Source of the DNA: Centroscyllium fabricii
Taxonomy: Eukaryota
Reading direction: 5' to 3'
Length of the DNA stretch: 64,000 bases
NCBI GenBank assembly: GCA_051313645.2
Contig: JBNRSN020000005.1
Span: 156,426,001-156,490,000, forward strand
Of this stretch, positions 48,435 to 60,486 are shown in pieces. Made by a program: the position numbers and the translations under genes. Numbering within the stretch: position 1 is the first letter of the stretch; every line of letters starts with the position of its first letter. The notes beneath the pieces were generated by a model. The model worked only from the letters and a program-made list of their open reading frames with translations. It made no database searches and was not told where the DNA came from.

Positions 48435-49096
48435 TGTCCTGGACGTTACCAGAATGCTGAGGAGTGCGGGAGGCGAGCTGTGTTCATTAAAAGAAACGGG
48501 AATGCTGACGTCATACTGTGCGACTTTCCGACTGGAAATCCTATATTGAGAAGGCTTCCCACACGCGGGGATTTAATTGGGCACTTAGCCCAAAATACCA
48601 TGGGACACGCAGACACTTTAGCGGGTGGGCCAGAATCCCGACAATTCCCCGCACTTCCGGCAAAATCCCCCCCATTAACTCTGTTTCTCTCTCCACGGCT
48701 GCTGCCTGGCCGACTGAGTATTTCCAGCATTTTCTGTAGTTATTTGCTTCCATCTACCCTGTCCCATCCCTGTACTATGCTTTGCTCTAAGGAAAAAGGA
48801 CAGAATGGCTCAGTTGGTTCATGCAGCATTGTGGCACTGACCTATATTCAGACCACAAAGGTTCTAGAGTTAAGCCCTGGTCTTTGCCTGGTCAGTCAGT
48901 TGATCTCAAGCTGGACTGCATTAAGGGTGCTGCAACTCGCCTTAGCAACCTGGGCTACAGAGGAGGGATAAGAATCAGGCAAGATTCCAAATCTTGGTTG
49001 TTAACTAGCAACCCCTGCTAGAACATGCGCATGTACAGATTTCAGTTGATAAGATTGGGTTCAGCTGTGGTCCACACAATTGCGTACCCCACCTAC

Positions 49097-49241
49097 CAAC
49101 ATTCCCGCTAGGCCGCGCAATGGTCTGGAAGTCCCGTGTAGGCCATGCGCTGGCTTTTCAATGTAAATAACCACGCATGCGTGAAAAAGTGAATGGGCCA
49201 CGCTAAAGGCCCACGTACCAAACAAATTACAGGGAACATTG
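49097..49241. mobile_element. Short hAT MITE
   Basis: TIRs CAACATTCCC / GGGAACATTG; 8-bp TSD CCACCTAC / CCGCCTGC. Confidence 0.7.
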
Positions 49242-49589
49242 CCGCCTGCACTTACTGTTTTGGTTTATGTAAGAAGAATAGAGTAGGCTGGGAAAGTCCG
49301 CCACTCCATTTTAACTGCTCCACATCACCACCCCCCCTCCCGCCCCCGGGTCTGGTTTCCACCAGGCGTGGAGGAGGGGGGTGGGGGGGAAGTTAAAATT
49401 GAGGCCATTATGTTTGTTTTTCTACCATTCATTAAATTATATTTTAATTCAAAGTGGCTCTTGCCATTCACAACAGCACTAAATGTGAATGGCAAGAGCC
49501 ACTTTGGGGGGCGCTGTGCTCCGGGATGAATGGTCGCCATGAAGGCTAGCTGTCTCAAAAAATGACAGTTATACCTACAATTCGTCGCC

Positions 49590-50278
49590 ATCAGCCCTCA
49601 AGAAAATCGGGAGGGTGTCCAGTGGATGGCCTAGGTGTCGGGATGCGGGAAGTTGCTCGATCGTTGTCGGGCGGGGTTCGATGGATTCGGGAAACCTTTT
49701 TGTCGTCGGGCCGTGAGGTAGGCCGCAGGCCTCCGAACTTCACTCGAGGAATACGGGAGTTCAGAGGAATCGGGAGCAAACATGGCGTTGTGGAGTGAGG
49801 CAGTCCCTGAGACATTGATCAACGATAACGGAGATGTGTACGGGAGATCTTGGGGGTGCCGGTATGGCGTGGTGGCGAGATGGAGACCCCCGGGATATCT
49901 GCCATCACATTGGGAATTCGTTATTTCGGGAGGTTTTGGGGTGCCAGCACGGCGTGGGGCCGTGAGGCAGCCCCCGCTCGAGCCGTCGGACACCGCGCAT
50001 CGCATCTTCGATGTTTGTCAACACTGGACTTAGCGACGAATTGTAGTGTATGGAATGGAAGGAAGAGAAGGACAACATCATACTGAGAGGCCGGAGCTGC
50101 AGCGGACCCACGATGATGGCGCCGGAGTATGGCAGACGTCTTGCGGGATCCGTGCGTGCTGTGCATCTTAGTGTTCTTGTTGTTGTATGGTGCGTGCGGA
50201 TAGCAAAAATGCATTTTACTGTCTAGATTTTTTTGTTTAGTACATGTAACAATAACATTTTGAACTTGAACTTGAACT
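49590..50278 (+). mobile_element. GC-rich non-coding retroposon with (TTGAAC)n tail
   Basis: 3' end shared with 4786-5331; 5' boundary approximate. Confidence 0.6.
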
Positions 50279-50825
50279 TAAATATTTGCCCTGACAACTT
50301 TCCCCATGATTGACAAAACCAATTATTGCCTTACAAACCCGTGACAATTTCTGTAGCAGACTGCGTTGACTGAGGCTAGATGTGCGTGAACGATAAGACA
50401 ATTATAAAATTTGTGCAGAAAAAGATACAGCTCAGAAGGAAGCCATTCCACCCATTGTGCATGTGCCAACTCTTTGGAAGAGCTATCCAATGAGTTCCTC
50501 TCTGCTGCCCTTTCCCCATAACCCTGTAAATTTTCCTCCTTCAAGTATTTATCCAATTCCCTTTTGAAAGTTATAATTGAATCTGCTTCAACCACCTTTA
50601 AGGTAGTGAATTGCAGATCATAACAACTCACCATGTTGAGGCATCTTTATATAGCATGACAAAAATATGACCTGTCAGTCATGACTTGAGCAGCACCATC
50701 AGGGTCATTGGCCGAGCCTTAAGTCAGCTGAAGACAGAAGCACAACACTTGTTGTAGGTGGTTCTCCAGATCCTGAATCAATTCAAATAATCTAATATTC
50801 TCCATGGACCTATATCCAGTGCGAG

Positions 50826-51495
50826 TTAGCGCCTTGGCTTAGTGGGTAGAACTCTCGCTTCTGAGTCAAAAGGTTGTCGGTCCCTATTCCAGAAATTGGA
50901 GCACTGATGCGCGATCAATTATACTCGAGGCGAGGTTGGGAATACAACTGAGGCTTTTATTCACTTAAAACCCTGGACATCCTTAGACTGACTGGCAACT
51001 CCTTGTAATGGGCCAGGCTCCCAGAGCTCGGGCCTTTATCAGGTAGGCTAGGGGCGGAGTCAGCTTCCGGCATGCCCGGGCATGTATACACACAGGCAAA
51101 TATATACAACAGTGGTTTACCACAAGCACAAAACTCTAGGCTGACACTCCAGTGCAGTACTGAGGGAGGGCTGTCTTTCGGATGAGATGTTAATCCGTAG
51201 CCCCATCTACCCTCTCAGGTGGACGTACGAGATCCCACGGCACTATATCGAAGAAGAACAGGAAATTTGTCCCCGGCGTCCTGGGCCAATATTTATCCCT
51301 CAGTCAGCATCACCAAAACAGATTATCTGGTCTTTATCACATTGCTGTTTGTGGAAGCTTGCTGTGCGCACATTTGCTGCGAGTTTCTTACATTAGAACC
51401 GTGACTACACTTCAAAAGTACTTTGCTGGCTGTAAAGTGCTTTGGGACATCCTGAGGTCCTGAAAGGTGCTATAGAAATGCAAGTCTTGCTTTCT
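50826..51495 (+). mobile_element. Full-length Deu-domain SINE, interrupted by a solo LTR
   Basis: Head TGGCTTAGTGG, Deu body, tail GAAAGGTGCTATAGAAATGCAAG. Confidence 0.8.
50905..51124 (-). mobile_element. Solo LTR, 220 bp
   Basis: TGTGG...ATCA on the minus strand, TSD AGCAC, AATAAAAGCC. Confidence 0.88.
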
Positions 51496-52099
51496 TTTCC
51501 ATGACATGAGGGAGTAAAATTGGCACCAAAAGAACTTTGAATGAGCTGAGGTTGTTGGAGTCATACATCAGGGCAGAGGAAAGCTTGCCTCTTGACACCT
51601 CTGTGCAAATTGCTGTCAACAGCCACTATGGTCACATTTGTGAGATGTCTATCCTTTTTATAGTTGCCTCTCTGTTGTTGTGCTACTTCATACACCAAAC
51701 AAAAGTCATCACACTTCAAAGATCTTTGCAGCACTCCATTTGACCTTGCCCTGAACAAAATGTGATTACCTAATGTGTAATATAACTGCCTGAATGCTAA
51801 ATCTGTGCCATGTGTGATGTACAGCTTCCTTTGCAAAGCATGTTCTTCATTATCTAACACCTACATAATGTAGTGTTCTGCAGAATTGTAGTGACGTGCT
51901 AATAAATAAGGAGGTTTGTACTAATTACTAATTAATGTACAACAGTATTAGATTGCAAGGTGAACAATCCTAGTGCACATTAAATCTTCCAGTTCTGAAC
52001 GTCCACGCTACTGTTCATAGCTTCTCTCACTCTCAATCCCACATTTAAAAAAAATGACATTTAAAAATTAACGCCGTCATTCAAAACAATTGGATTGCT

Positions 52100-53290
52100 C
52101 CAACCTCGGTCTAATTCTCATCTTTCAAGACATTTCTGCAGCCTTCGACACTGATGACCACACCACCCTGCTCCAACGCCTCTCCTCCGTCGTCCAGCTG
52201 GGTGGAATCGCCCTTGCCTGGTTCCATCCTGATCTATTGACGCATAGCCAGAGAATCACCAGCAGTGGCTTCTCTTCCCACTCCTGCACCCTTGCCTCTT
52301 GAGGTCCCCCAAAGATCTATCCTTGACTCCCTTCTATTTCTTATCTACATGCTGCCGACACCCAGCTCTACCTCACCACCACTTCGCTTGGCTCCTCCAC
52401 TGCCTCTGATTCGTCACCCTGCTTGTCCAACATCTAGTATTGGAGGGGTAGGAATTTCCTCCAACTAAATATTTAGAAGACCGAAGCCATTATCTTTGTT
52501 CCCGGCACAAACTTTGTTCCCTGGCCATCGTTTCCCTCCCTCTCACTGGCAACTGTCTGAAGCTGAACCAGACGGTTCGCAAATTTGATGTGTTTGACCC
52601 CAAGATGAGCTTCCGACCACATATCCGCTCCATCGCCAAGACCTCCGTAACATCGCCCGACTCCGCCCTGCCTCAGCTCATTTGCTGCTGAAACCCATAT
52701 CCAGGCCTTTGTTGCCTCTAGACATGACTGCTCCAATGCCCTCCTGGCCGGCCTCCCATCTTCCACCCGACATAAACTTGTGCTCATCAAAACTCAGCTG
52801 CCCGTGTCCTAACTCGCATCATATTCCATTTACTCATCACCCCTGTGCATGCTGACCTGTGCTGGCTCCCAGTCCAGCAATGCCTCAATTTTAAAATTCT
52901 CATCCTTGTCTTCAAATCCCTCATGGCCTCGCCCCTTCCTATCTCTGTAACCTGCGGCAGCCCTACAAGCCTTTGAGATATCTGCGCTCCTCTAATTCTG
53001 GCATCTTGAACATTCCCGATTTCATTCGCTCCACCTTTGGTGGCCGTGCCTTCAGCAACCAAGGCCCTAAGCTCAGGAATTCCCTCCCTAAACCTCTCCG
53101 CCTCTTTACCTCTCTTTCCTCAATTAAGACGCTCCTTAAAACCTCTCCTTTTGACCAAGCTTTTGATCACCTGCCCTAATATCTCATTCTGTAGCTTGGT
53201 GTCGAATCCTGCTTGGTAACGCTCCTGTGAAGTGCCTTGGGATGTTTCACTATGTTAAAGGTGCTATATAAATACCAATAGTTGTTTTGA
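52100..53290 (+). mobile_element. Old L2 LINE, RT remnant to tail
   Basis: DISAAFDT.DH, VPQ.S.L and GGRAFS...NSLP remnants; tail GGTGCTATATAAAT. Confidence 0.85.
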
Positions 53291-53395
53291 TATGTAGCGC
53301 ACACCATTGAGGTATGCTCCTATTCTCTCCCGCGCGCCCCCCCCCCCCTTTCTCTGGTCTCTCCGAGCTACCCACTTGAGTGACGGGAGGTGGTA

Positions 53396-54105
53396 CAGGT
53401 TGAGCACCGGTAATCCGGCACACTCGGTACCAGGCCAGTGCCGGACCATTGAAAATGCCGGACCACTGAAGGTTCTGGTAGAACGCGCGCAGTAGAACTC
53501 TCCCCGGGGATAGAACACTTAAACGGTGATTCAAAACCACGCAACCTTTGCTGAAACCAATTAATATAAATTTCAGTGAAGACTACACAACCAGCACAGG
53601 GTTTTGTTCGGTAGAGGATTGGAGGGTAGGGCACACTGGCCCTAATATTTATTGGGTAATTCCTCAACCCCCCACTTTGGGCGGAATTTTGCCAGCGCTC
53701 AGAGAACGGGTTTGGAGACGAGACCGCTGTCAAAATCAAAAAGATTGACAGCGGGCCGGTATCCCGCTCTGAACCCGCCTCCTTGTCAGTTTCCCGAGTG
53801 CCGGTTCTGCCTGCGCTTTGCAGACACGGCACTGAGCGGCGGGTCATTCAATTGTGCTTGTTAGAAGGGTGTTGAAGCTAAATTCCCATTTTCCCAGCTC
53901 CAAAGCATTTCCCCAGGTTTTCCACAAGGTTTCCATTGCTCGGCGATCACGCCAGGTAAGTATGTCAGGATGTGTCTGTAGATGTAGGGTACTGTGCGCC
54001 TGCTTGAATGCGTTGGACGCCGAGTGGCACCGCAAACTGAAGAATTCGTGCCGGACCAGTGAAGGTGCCAGACCATCGGGTGCCGGAGTATTGGTGCCCA
54101 ACCTG
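53396..54105. mobile_element. Tigger/pogo-like MITE with a different interior
   Basis: TIRs CAGGTTGAGCACCGGTAATCCGGCA / TGCCGGAGTATTGGTGCCCAACCTG; TA TSD. Confidence 0.82.
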
Positions 54106-54251
54106 TACTGACGTTGGCACAGAACATAGAGCAAATCCTGCTCCCTCCCATGTGTGCAGATTATTATAGCACAGTGGGCCGTGCCACAAAATGTCAGCAT
54201 TTGGGTATTCCCCAAATGGGAGTTGGGGAGGATTTGCTCTGTGTGATGTGG

Positions 54252-55090
54252 AGAAGACGAAGGAGATGGTCATCGACTTCAGAAAAGGCCGCAGGGTGCA
54301 CGCCCCACTGACCATCAACGGGAAAGCTGTCGAAAGAGTCGGCAGTACCAAGTTCCTGAGGGTGCACATTGCTGACAATCTGAACTGGTCCATCAACACC
54401 ACAGCCCTCACCAAGAAAGCCCAACAACGCCTCTACTTCCTGCGAAGACTGAGAAAAGTGAACTCAACCACATCCATCATGACAACATTCTACAGAGGGA
54501 CTATTGAGAGCATCCTCACTCACTGCATCACTCTCTGGTATGGGAACTGTACAGCCGCTGACCGTAAGTCCCTACAGAGAATAGTGAGAGCAGCAGAAAA
54601 GATCATAGGTGTCTCTCTCCCCCTCCTTGCTGACATCTACCAGGACCGCTGCATCAGGAAGGCCACCAACATAATGGCAGACCCCTCACATCCATCCCAC
54701 CACCACTTCGCACTCTTACCATCGGGCAAGAGGCTACGGAGCATCCGGGGAAGATCCACCAGACTGGGTAACAGCTTCTTCCCCCAAGCTATCAGAACAT
54801 TGAACACGCTCCCAGCGTTGCCCTCCATTCCCCTTCAACGATAACAGGGGATAATAGACAAATAGCACTTCAACAACAGTACTCTTTAAATCAAGCACTA
54901 GCACTTTTAATGCTATGCTACTCTCTATGTTTTAATGTTTTTTATGTCTTTTAAGGTGTCTTTTTATGTTGTTGTATTTACAATTTTGATCTTATGGAGA
55001 AACGGTATTTCGCTACCATCTATGCAGACTGTGTATATGGAATGTGACAAATAAACTTGATTCTGATTCTGATTCTGATTCTGATTCTGA
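54252..55090 (+). mobile_element. 5'-truncated Rex1/Babar LINE
   Basis: Open C-terminal frame KTKEMVIDFRK...KKAQQRLYFLRRL...SFFPQAI; AATAAA followed by (CTGATT)n; TGATGTGG at both junctions. Confidence 0.9.
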
Positions 55091-55526
55091 TGTGGTGACA
55101 AAACGGCAAAGCTGTTCACTGTATTTAAGTACCAAGCTATAATTAGAACATTTGGTCCTTTGTTAGAATACAATAATCTGTTCAAGCTCTTGGCCTTTGA
55201 GAGGTTGGCCACAGCTGGTTCAGGGAATGTGGAAAAACTGTGACCAAAATGCCACCCATTGCGGTAAAATATGGATGGAACAGTTAGTAAAATAAGTACA
55301 GCTTTGACGTTGTGAATTGTCATATGCATTATAACTGATGAGAATCCGTTTAACTGCATTCAAAAGGCTGCCTCTCCACCAGTTAAAAGATGTCTTCTTG
55401 ATTGATTGGTAAAATGTGTGCATGGTATTCAGTACATTGTACGGAATTAGTAACTTTAGACAAGAAAAGCAGATAAAGATAAGGTTTCAGATCAAGAGTT
55501 TTTTTCTTTTTCAAGTGTGTATTCAT

Positions 55527-56254
55527 GGGCCCTAAATTTGTGGTCGGAGGCTTTCCGCGGAGAAATGCCTCTGATCCGCAAATAAAATGCCCACGTACCT
55601 GGTGGTCCAGGAGGTACGGAGACTCTCCGGGTACCCGCGGGCAGAGGCCCACATATCTCGGGAGCGCAGGCGGTTCACAAGCGCCCCTGCGATCATGTGG
55701 GCCGGCCCAACGAATGACAGAAGGGAATCCCCATTCATTGTTCTGGGGATTCCGTATGTATGGAAACCCCATAAGTATGAATGGGAATACCCCCCAAAAT
55801 ACTCCTAGACATCAAATAAATGTTTTTAAAAAACACATTTTAAAATTAATTAAATTGGCATTTAATTAAATATTTAAAACAAATGTAATTTTTTGAAAAC
55901 AAATGTACATGTTTTAAAGGGGCTAAAAATGAACTTACCTTATTGCACAGGTGTTTAAATGTATAAATTATTGAGAACATTTTATTTTTCTGATTTTTAA
56001 AACTCTTACACTGGTAAAGGCAGGCCTTATGCCTGCTTTTGCCAGGCGTAAGAATTTCACGTGCATTCACTGGGCAGAAGTTGTGCAAAGAGCCCAACTC
56101 TCCACCCGCGGATACCCTTTTCCTGGGGATGTGAAGGATCGCAAGTTCCGGGTTTTAGCGCATGTGCAGCACATGCCTAAACCCAGAACTTGGGCGGCCC
56201 TTACGGGTGCATACACATCTTGCATGCGCCCATAGGGCCCGCAAATTACAGCCC
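55527..56254. mobile_element. Harbinger-type MITE with AT-rich centre
   Basis: Imperfect TIRs GGGCCCTAAATTTG / CAAATTACAGCCC. Confidence 0.6.
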
Positions 56255-56920
56255 ATTAACTATTGGATGAGAAGGTGATTCTACTGCTCTATAATATAAT
56301 CAGTGTTCATTTATAATTTTTTGGTGGAAAATATCTGTTTTCACTGGTAGGAGGGTCAGTAACCAGAGGACGCACATTTAAGGTAATTGGCAAAGGAGCC
56401 AGAGGCGACATGAGGAAACCTTGTTTTACGCAGCGAATTGTTGTGATCTGGAATGCACTGCTTGAAAAGGTGGCGGAAGCAGGTTCAATAGTAACATTCA
56501 AAAGAGAATTGGATAAATACTTGAAGGGAAGCAATTTAGAGGGCCATGGGGAAAGACAGGGTGCCACATAAAAATATTTTTTCCATTTGCTCAGTCGGGC
56601 AAGTGGATTTCTAAAACACTTGCCCGAACACAAATTACACTTGCCTGAAATTTTTAAAGAAATAAATAAAGATTTTACAATTTTATTAAAATGCTTCAAT
56701 ATAAAGCCATAGATTGTGATTGTGCCTTTAGTTGTATTGGCCCGGTTTCTGCCCCTCTCTCCCCAAAACTGTTGGCCTCTCCATCCTATTCCACCTTTAA
56801 AAATCTTTTTTTTTAAATCTATTTCCTCAAGCATTCACTCCATTTCTTCATTTGTCTCTTCCAAACTTTCTGTGAAGCCTCTGCAGGCCGCGGGCTCCCT
56901 CAAACTCTCTCCCCGCCTAC

Positions 56921-57044
56921 CGTTGTCCAGCAGCCGCTCCAGGTGCATGAAGATGCCGCAAAAGTTGGGCAGGCTCGACATCAGCTGCATCAAATAGTCG
57001 GGACTGGGTCTCGGCTTCTCCTTCACTTCCATTTCCCCCACCAT
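56921..57044 (-). pseudogene. QKI: Captured QKI (quaking) exon 1 with an 18-nt deletion
   Basis: [40 protein letters not shown] matches the QKI N-terminus as I recall it, lacking NDKKLM; followed by a phase-1 donor G|GTAGG. Confidence 0.9.
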
Positions 57045-57832
57045 TCTTTTATATATATTTTCCTCCCTGTGAGGACTAATTATAAAGATTTTATAATTGA
57101 TCGAAAGAATAAAGACCGAGTTGTTGTTGGTTTGTTTTCTTCTCAGAAGCCGCTCAGGTTTTTTCTCTCCCCCTCAGCGGGTCGACGGCACCGACCCACT
57201 CTTGTACGATAGCAAAATACTGCAGATGCTAGAAATCCGAAATAACAACAGAAAATGCTGGAAAAACTCAGCAGTTCGGGCAACATCCGTAATAGAGAAG
57301 TAGGAGTCAATGTTTCGGGTCAGGACCCTTTATCGATCTGCCTGAACTGCTGGGTTTTTCCAGCATTTTCTGTTGTTATTTCCTCCCAACTCTTTTTCAT
57401 CTCATCCTATTAACATAACTTTTTATTCCTTTCTCCCTTGCAAACTTGTCTAGCTTCCCCTTAATGGCATCGATGCTATTTGCATCAACTACAAGCGAGT
57501 CCCACATTCTTATAGATTTTTACATTGATTAATTTCGTTAAAAGTTGTAAGAACAACATGTTTATTGGAAGATAGTGTTTTTTAAAAGAAAATGTTGAAA
57601 TGATTATACAGAGCATTAAAAACTTTTTCAAGCAGGGAGAAGATTTAGAACCTTCAAACAAACAGTTAAGCCAAAGAGAAGACAATTTTACTGCGAGTAA
57701 TAGTAATCATATACTGAACATCAACACTCACTCTGCGCGACTCCTGCCCGGCGAGGCGGGGTAGGGAGTCCGTGACATCCGTGCGCAGCAGCTGGCGCAG
57801 AGTTTTGAATGTGCGGGTCCCGAGCGCCCGCC

Positions 57833-57914
57833 ATGGTGAAGCGCGCGGTTCCCCGGAGCAGCCTGCAGGCCGTCATCAGGAGGCACAAAACGCAGCTGAG
57901 ACATTCACATCATG
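57833..57914 (+). pseudogene. CENPW: Captured CENPW-like exon 1, frameshifted
   Basis: Kozak CCCGCCATGG. MVKRAVPRSSLQAVIRRHKTQLR resembles the CENP-W N-terminus (chicken MRRTVPRGTLRKIIKKHKPHLR, from memory). Donor ATG|GTGAGC; upstream TTTGAA at 57804. Confidence 0.65.
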
Positions 57915-58829
57915 GTGAGCCCACCCGTCGCCACATCGGTGGAGAGAAACACAGAGTCGACGTTTCGGGTTGGTATCCCCCATCAAGACTAACTTTAAAC
58001 CCATTGAGAGAATGCAATTTAATGTAACCTCACACACAAAAAAATCTTCAGTGGGAACCTGAACCCACGCAGAGCCAGCCCCTGTCCCGCTAAAGGCCAG
58101 GCTGCCAGCCTCCCAGGGGTGGAAGCGCCGGCAGGCCGGCCTGTCGCACACCGGCTAAAGCACAGCGCACAAAGGCATTGAGCCCGGCGCCCGGACACTC
58201 CCAGCTGCCTGGAGGAGCAGGAATCCCAGCGCCTCTCATACAGAGTCCCAACCCGAAACGTCGACTCCACACCTCTCTCCACCAATGCTGCCCGGCCTGC
58301 TGAGCCCCCACTCCACCGATGCTGCCTGGCCCACCGAGCCCGCCACCCCACACCTCTCTCCACCGATGCTGCCCGTCCCGCCGAGCACCCTCCCTTGCAC
58401 TGTCTGCTGTTAATACCAACCCACTGCTGCCGCCACCAGCCCGCTCCACCTAACTTGATTGACACGCTGCCTCCTCCAATCCCCGCCGCACTGCCCCCCC
58501 CCCCCCTTGGCCAATCCGCACCCGCCTCCAAGGCGGGATCGACCGCATTGGGCAAGTCCGATTTTGTTTTGCTTGCCCCGGGCAAGCGGTTTTGTCACGC
58601 CCTGGTAAAAGAGCAGGAAATTAATTGGTTAGCTCCACCAAAGAGCCGGCAAGGCATGACGGACTGAATGGCCTCCTTCTATGCTGTACCAGTCAATTTA
58701 TATCACCCACTTTTCTCAGAAAGTTGGTGTCATGACTTAAGTTCTTATTTGTCATGGAATTCCTCAAAAATGTCCTGAAAGAAATTAGCAATTATTTGCA
58801 GCATTTTCTATAGTAGTAGAAAGCCAAAT

Positions 58830-59741
58830 ATTCAAATTTGCCGATGACACAAAGATAGGCGGCATTGTAGGCAGTGTAGATGAAAGCATAAAATTTCAAA
58901 GTGATATTGATTAAGTGAATTGGTAAAACTGGGGCAAATTGATTTCAATGTAGGCAAATGTGAGGTCATCCATTCTGTACCTAAAAAGGGTAGAACAGGG
59001 TACTTTCTAAATGGTGAAAAGCTAAAAACATTGGCGGTCCAAAGAGACTTGGAGGTCCAGGTACATAGACCATTAAATGTCATAAACAGATATAGACAAT
59101 AACCAAAAAGGTGATTGCAACGCTGGCTTTTATATCTGGAGGACTAGAATACAAAGGGGTAGAAGTTATGCTGCAGCTGTACAAAGCCCTGGTTAGACCA
59201 CACCTGGAGTACTGTGAGCAGTTCTGGGCACCACATCTTAGGAAGAATATATTGGTCTTGGAGGAAGTGCAGCGTTAATTTACCAGAATGATACCCGGAC
59301 TCGAGGGTTAAGTTACGAGGAGCGATTACACAAATTAAGGTTGTATTCCCTAAAATTTAGAAGGCTAAGGGGTGATCTGATCGAAGTTTTCAGGATGTTA
59401 AGAACAGATAGGGTGGATAGAGATAAACTATTTCTGCTGGTTGGGGAGTCTAGGACTAGGGGGTATAGTCTAAAAATTAAAGACAGACCTTTCAGGAGTG
59501 AAATTAGGAAACACTTCTACACACAAAAGGTGTTTGGAACTCTCTACCGCAAACAGCAATTGATGCTAGATCAATTGTTAATTTTAAATCTGAGATTGAT
59601 TACTTTTTGTTAACCAAAGCTATTAAGGAATATGGGCCAAAGGCGTGGATATGGAGTTAGGTCACAGGTCAGCCATGATCTCATTGAATGGCAGAACAGG
59701 CTTGAGGGACAAAATGGTCTCCTCCTGTTCCTCTGTTCCTA
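58830..59741 (+). mobile_element. Older 5'-truncated CR1 LINE
   Basis: KFADDTK, KCEVIH, LVRPHLEYC and RGDLIEVF remnants with many stops; CR1 tail. Confidence 0.88.
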
Positions 59742-60486
59742 ACGCAGTGATTTTATATGTTAATGGAATCCGCATTGGCTCATTTTAATATGAATATATT
59801 GTACAGCAACAGCTTAGATTTATATAGCACCTTTAACATAGAAGAACGCCCCAAGGCACTTCACAAGAGCATTATCAAATAAAATTTTACACTGAGCCAC
59901 ATAAGTAGTTATTAGGGCTAATGACCAAAAATTTGGTCAAACAGATAGGTTTTAAGGAGTGTATTAAAAAGAGTAGCGAGAGGCGGAGAGGTTTAGAAAC
60001 GGAATTCCAGAGCTTAGGGCCAGAGCAATGCCAATAATTAAAAATATTTAACAAATAATAGCTGATAATTACACTCTGCAAATCTAAGGGTTTGGCTTCA
60101 GCATTTGTTCAGATATTTTTTAGACATAGGTTGTGTGATTAGATCAATTCTTGACTCAATTAGTACGTGACTTGTGATCAGGCTTAATCTAGCATCACAT
60201 TAAAATTTTGATTTGTTCACTGTGTTGAAGAGATTTTGCTAAGTATTCATTACAGTCCTCCTGATTAGACAAGTTTGTGAATGTTCTTTCATTTAATAAT
60301 TGAGAGTGAACTGTGAAGCAGATCTGCTTTATTTTTTCAGCTAGGAATTGAGAGAACCGTCCACATCTGTGGCCACCTTCCCTGCACAGAACACAAACAG
60401 AGAGCAATCTCTCTCTATCTGTCAGTTGACAGTTGCCATTTAAAATGTTTTAATAAATGTAAATGTGCTTCAAAGCTCATTTAAGA

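Larger units (their letters stand above)
42845..48673 (+). mobile_element. Full-length PIF/Harbinger DNA transposon
   Basis: 12-bp TIRs GGGGGGGATTTT / AAAATCCCCCCC, 3-bp TSD ATT, convergent transposase and Myb/SANT genes. Confidence 0.96.
56557..58604. mobile_element. Non-autonomous hAT-type element carrying host gene fragments, inserted in a CR1 3' end (about 56330-58690)
   Basis: CAGGG...CCCTG imperfect TIRs, subterminal GGGCAAG/CTTGCCC motifs at both ends, degenerate 8-bp TSD GGGAAAGA / GTAAAAGA. The CR1 tail rejoins across it. Confidence 0.78.

Noticed and set aside
56835-57044. Functional QKI gene start
   Set aside because: Six conserved residues are deleted, it lies inside transposon termini, and no downstream exons are visible in the window. 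Not fully excluded without a genome search.
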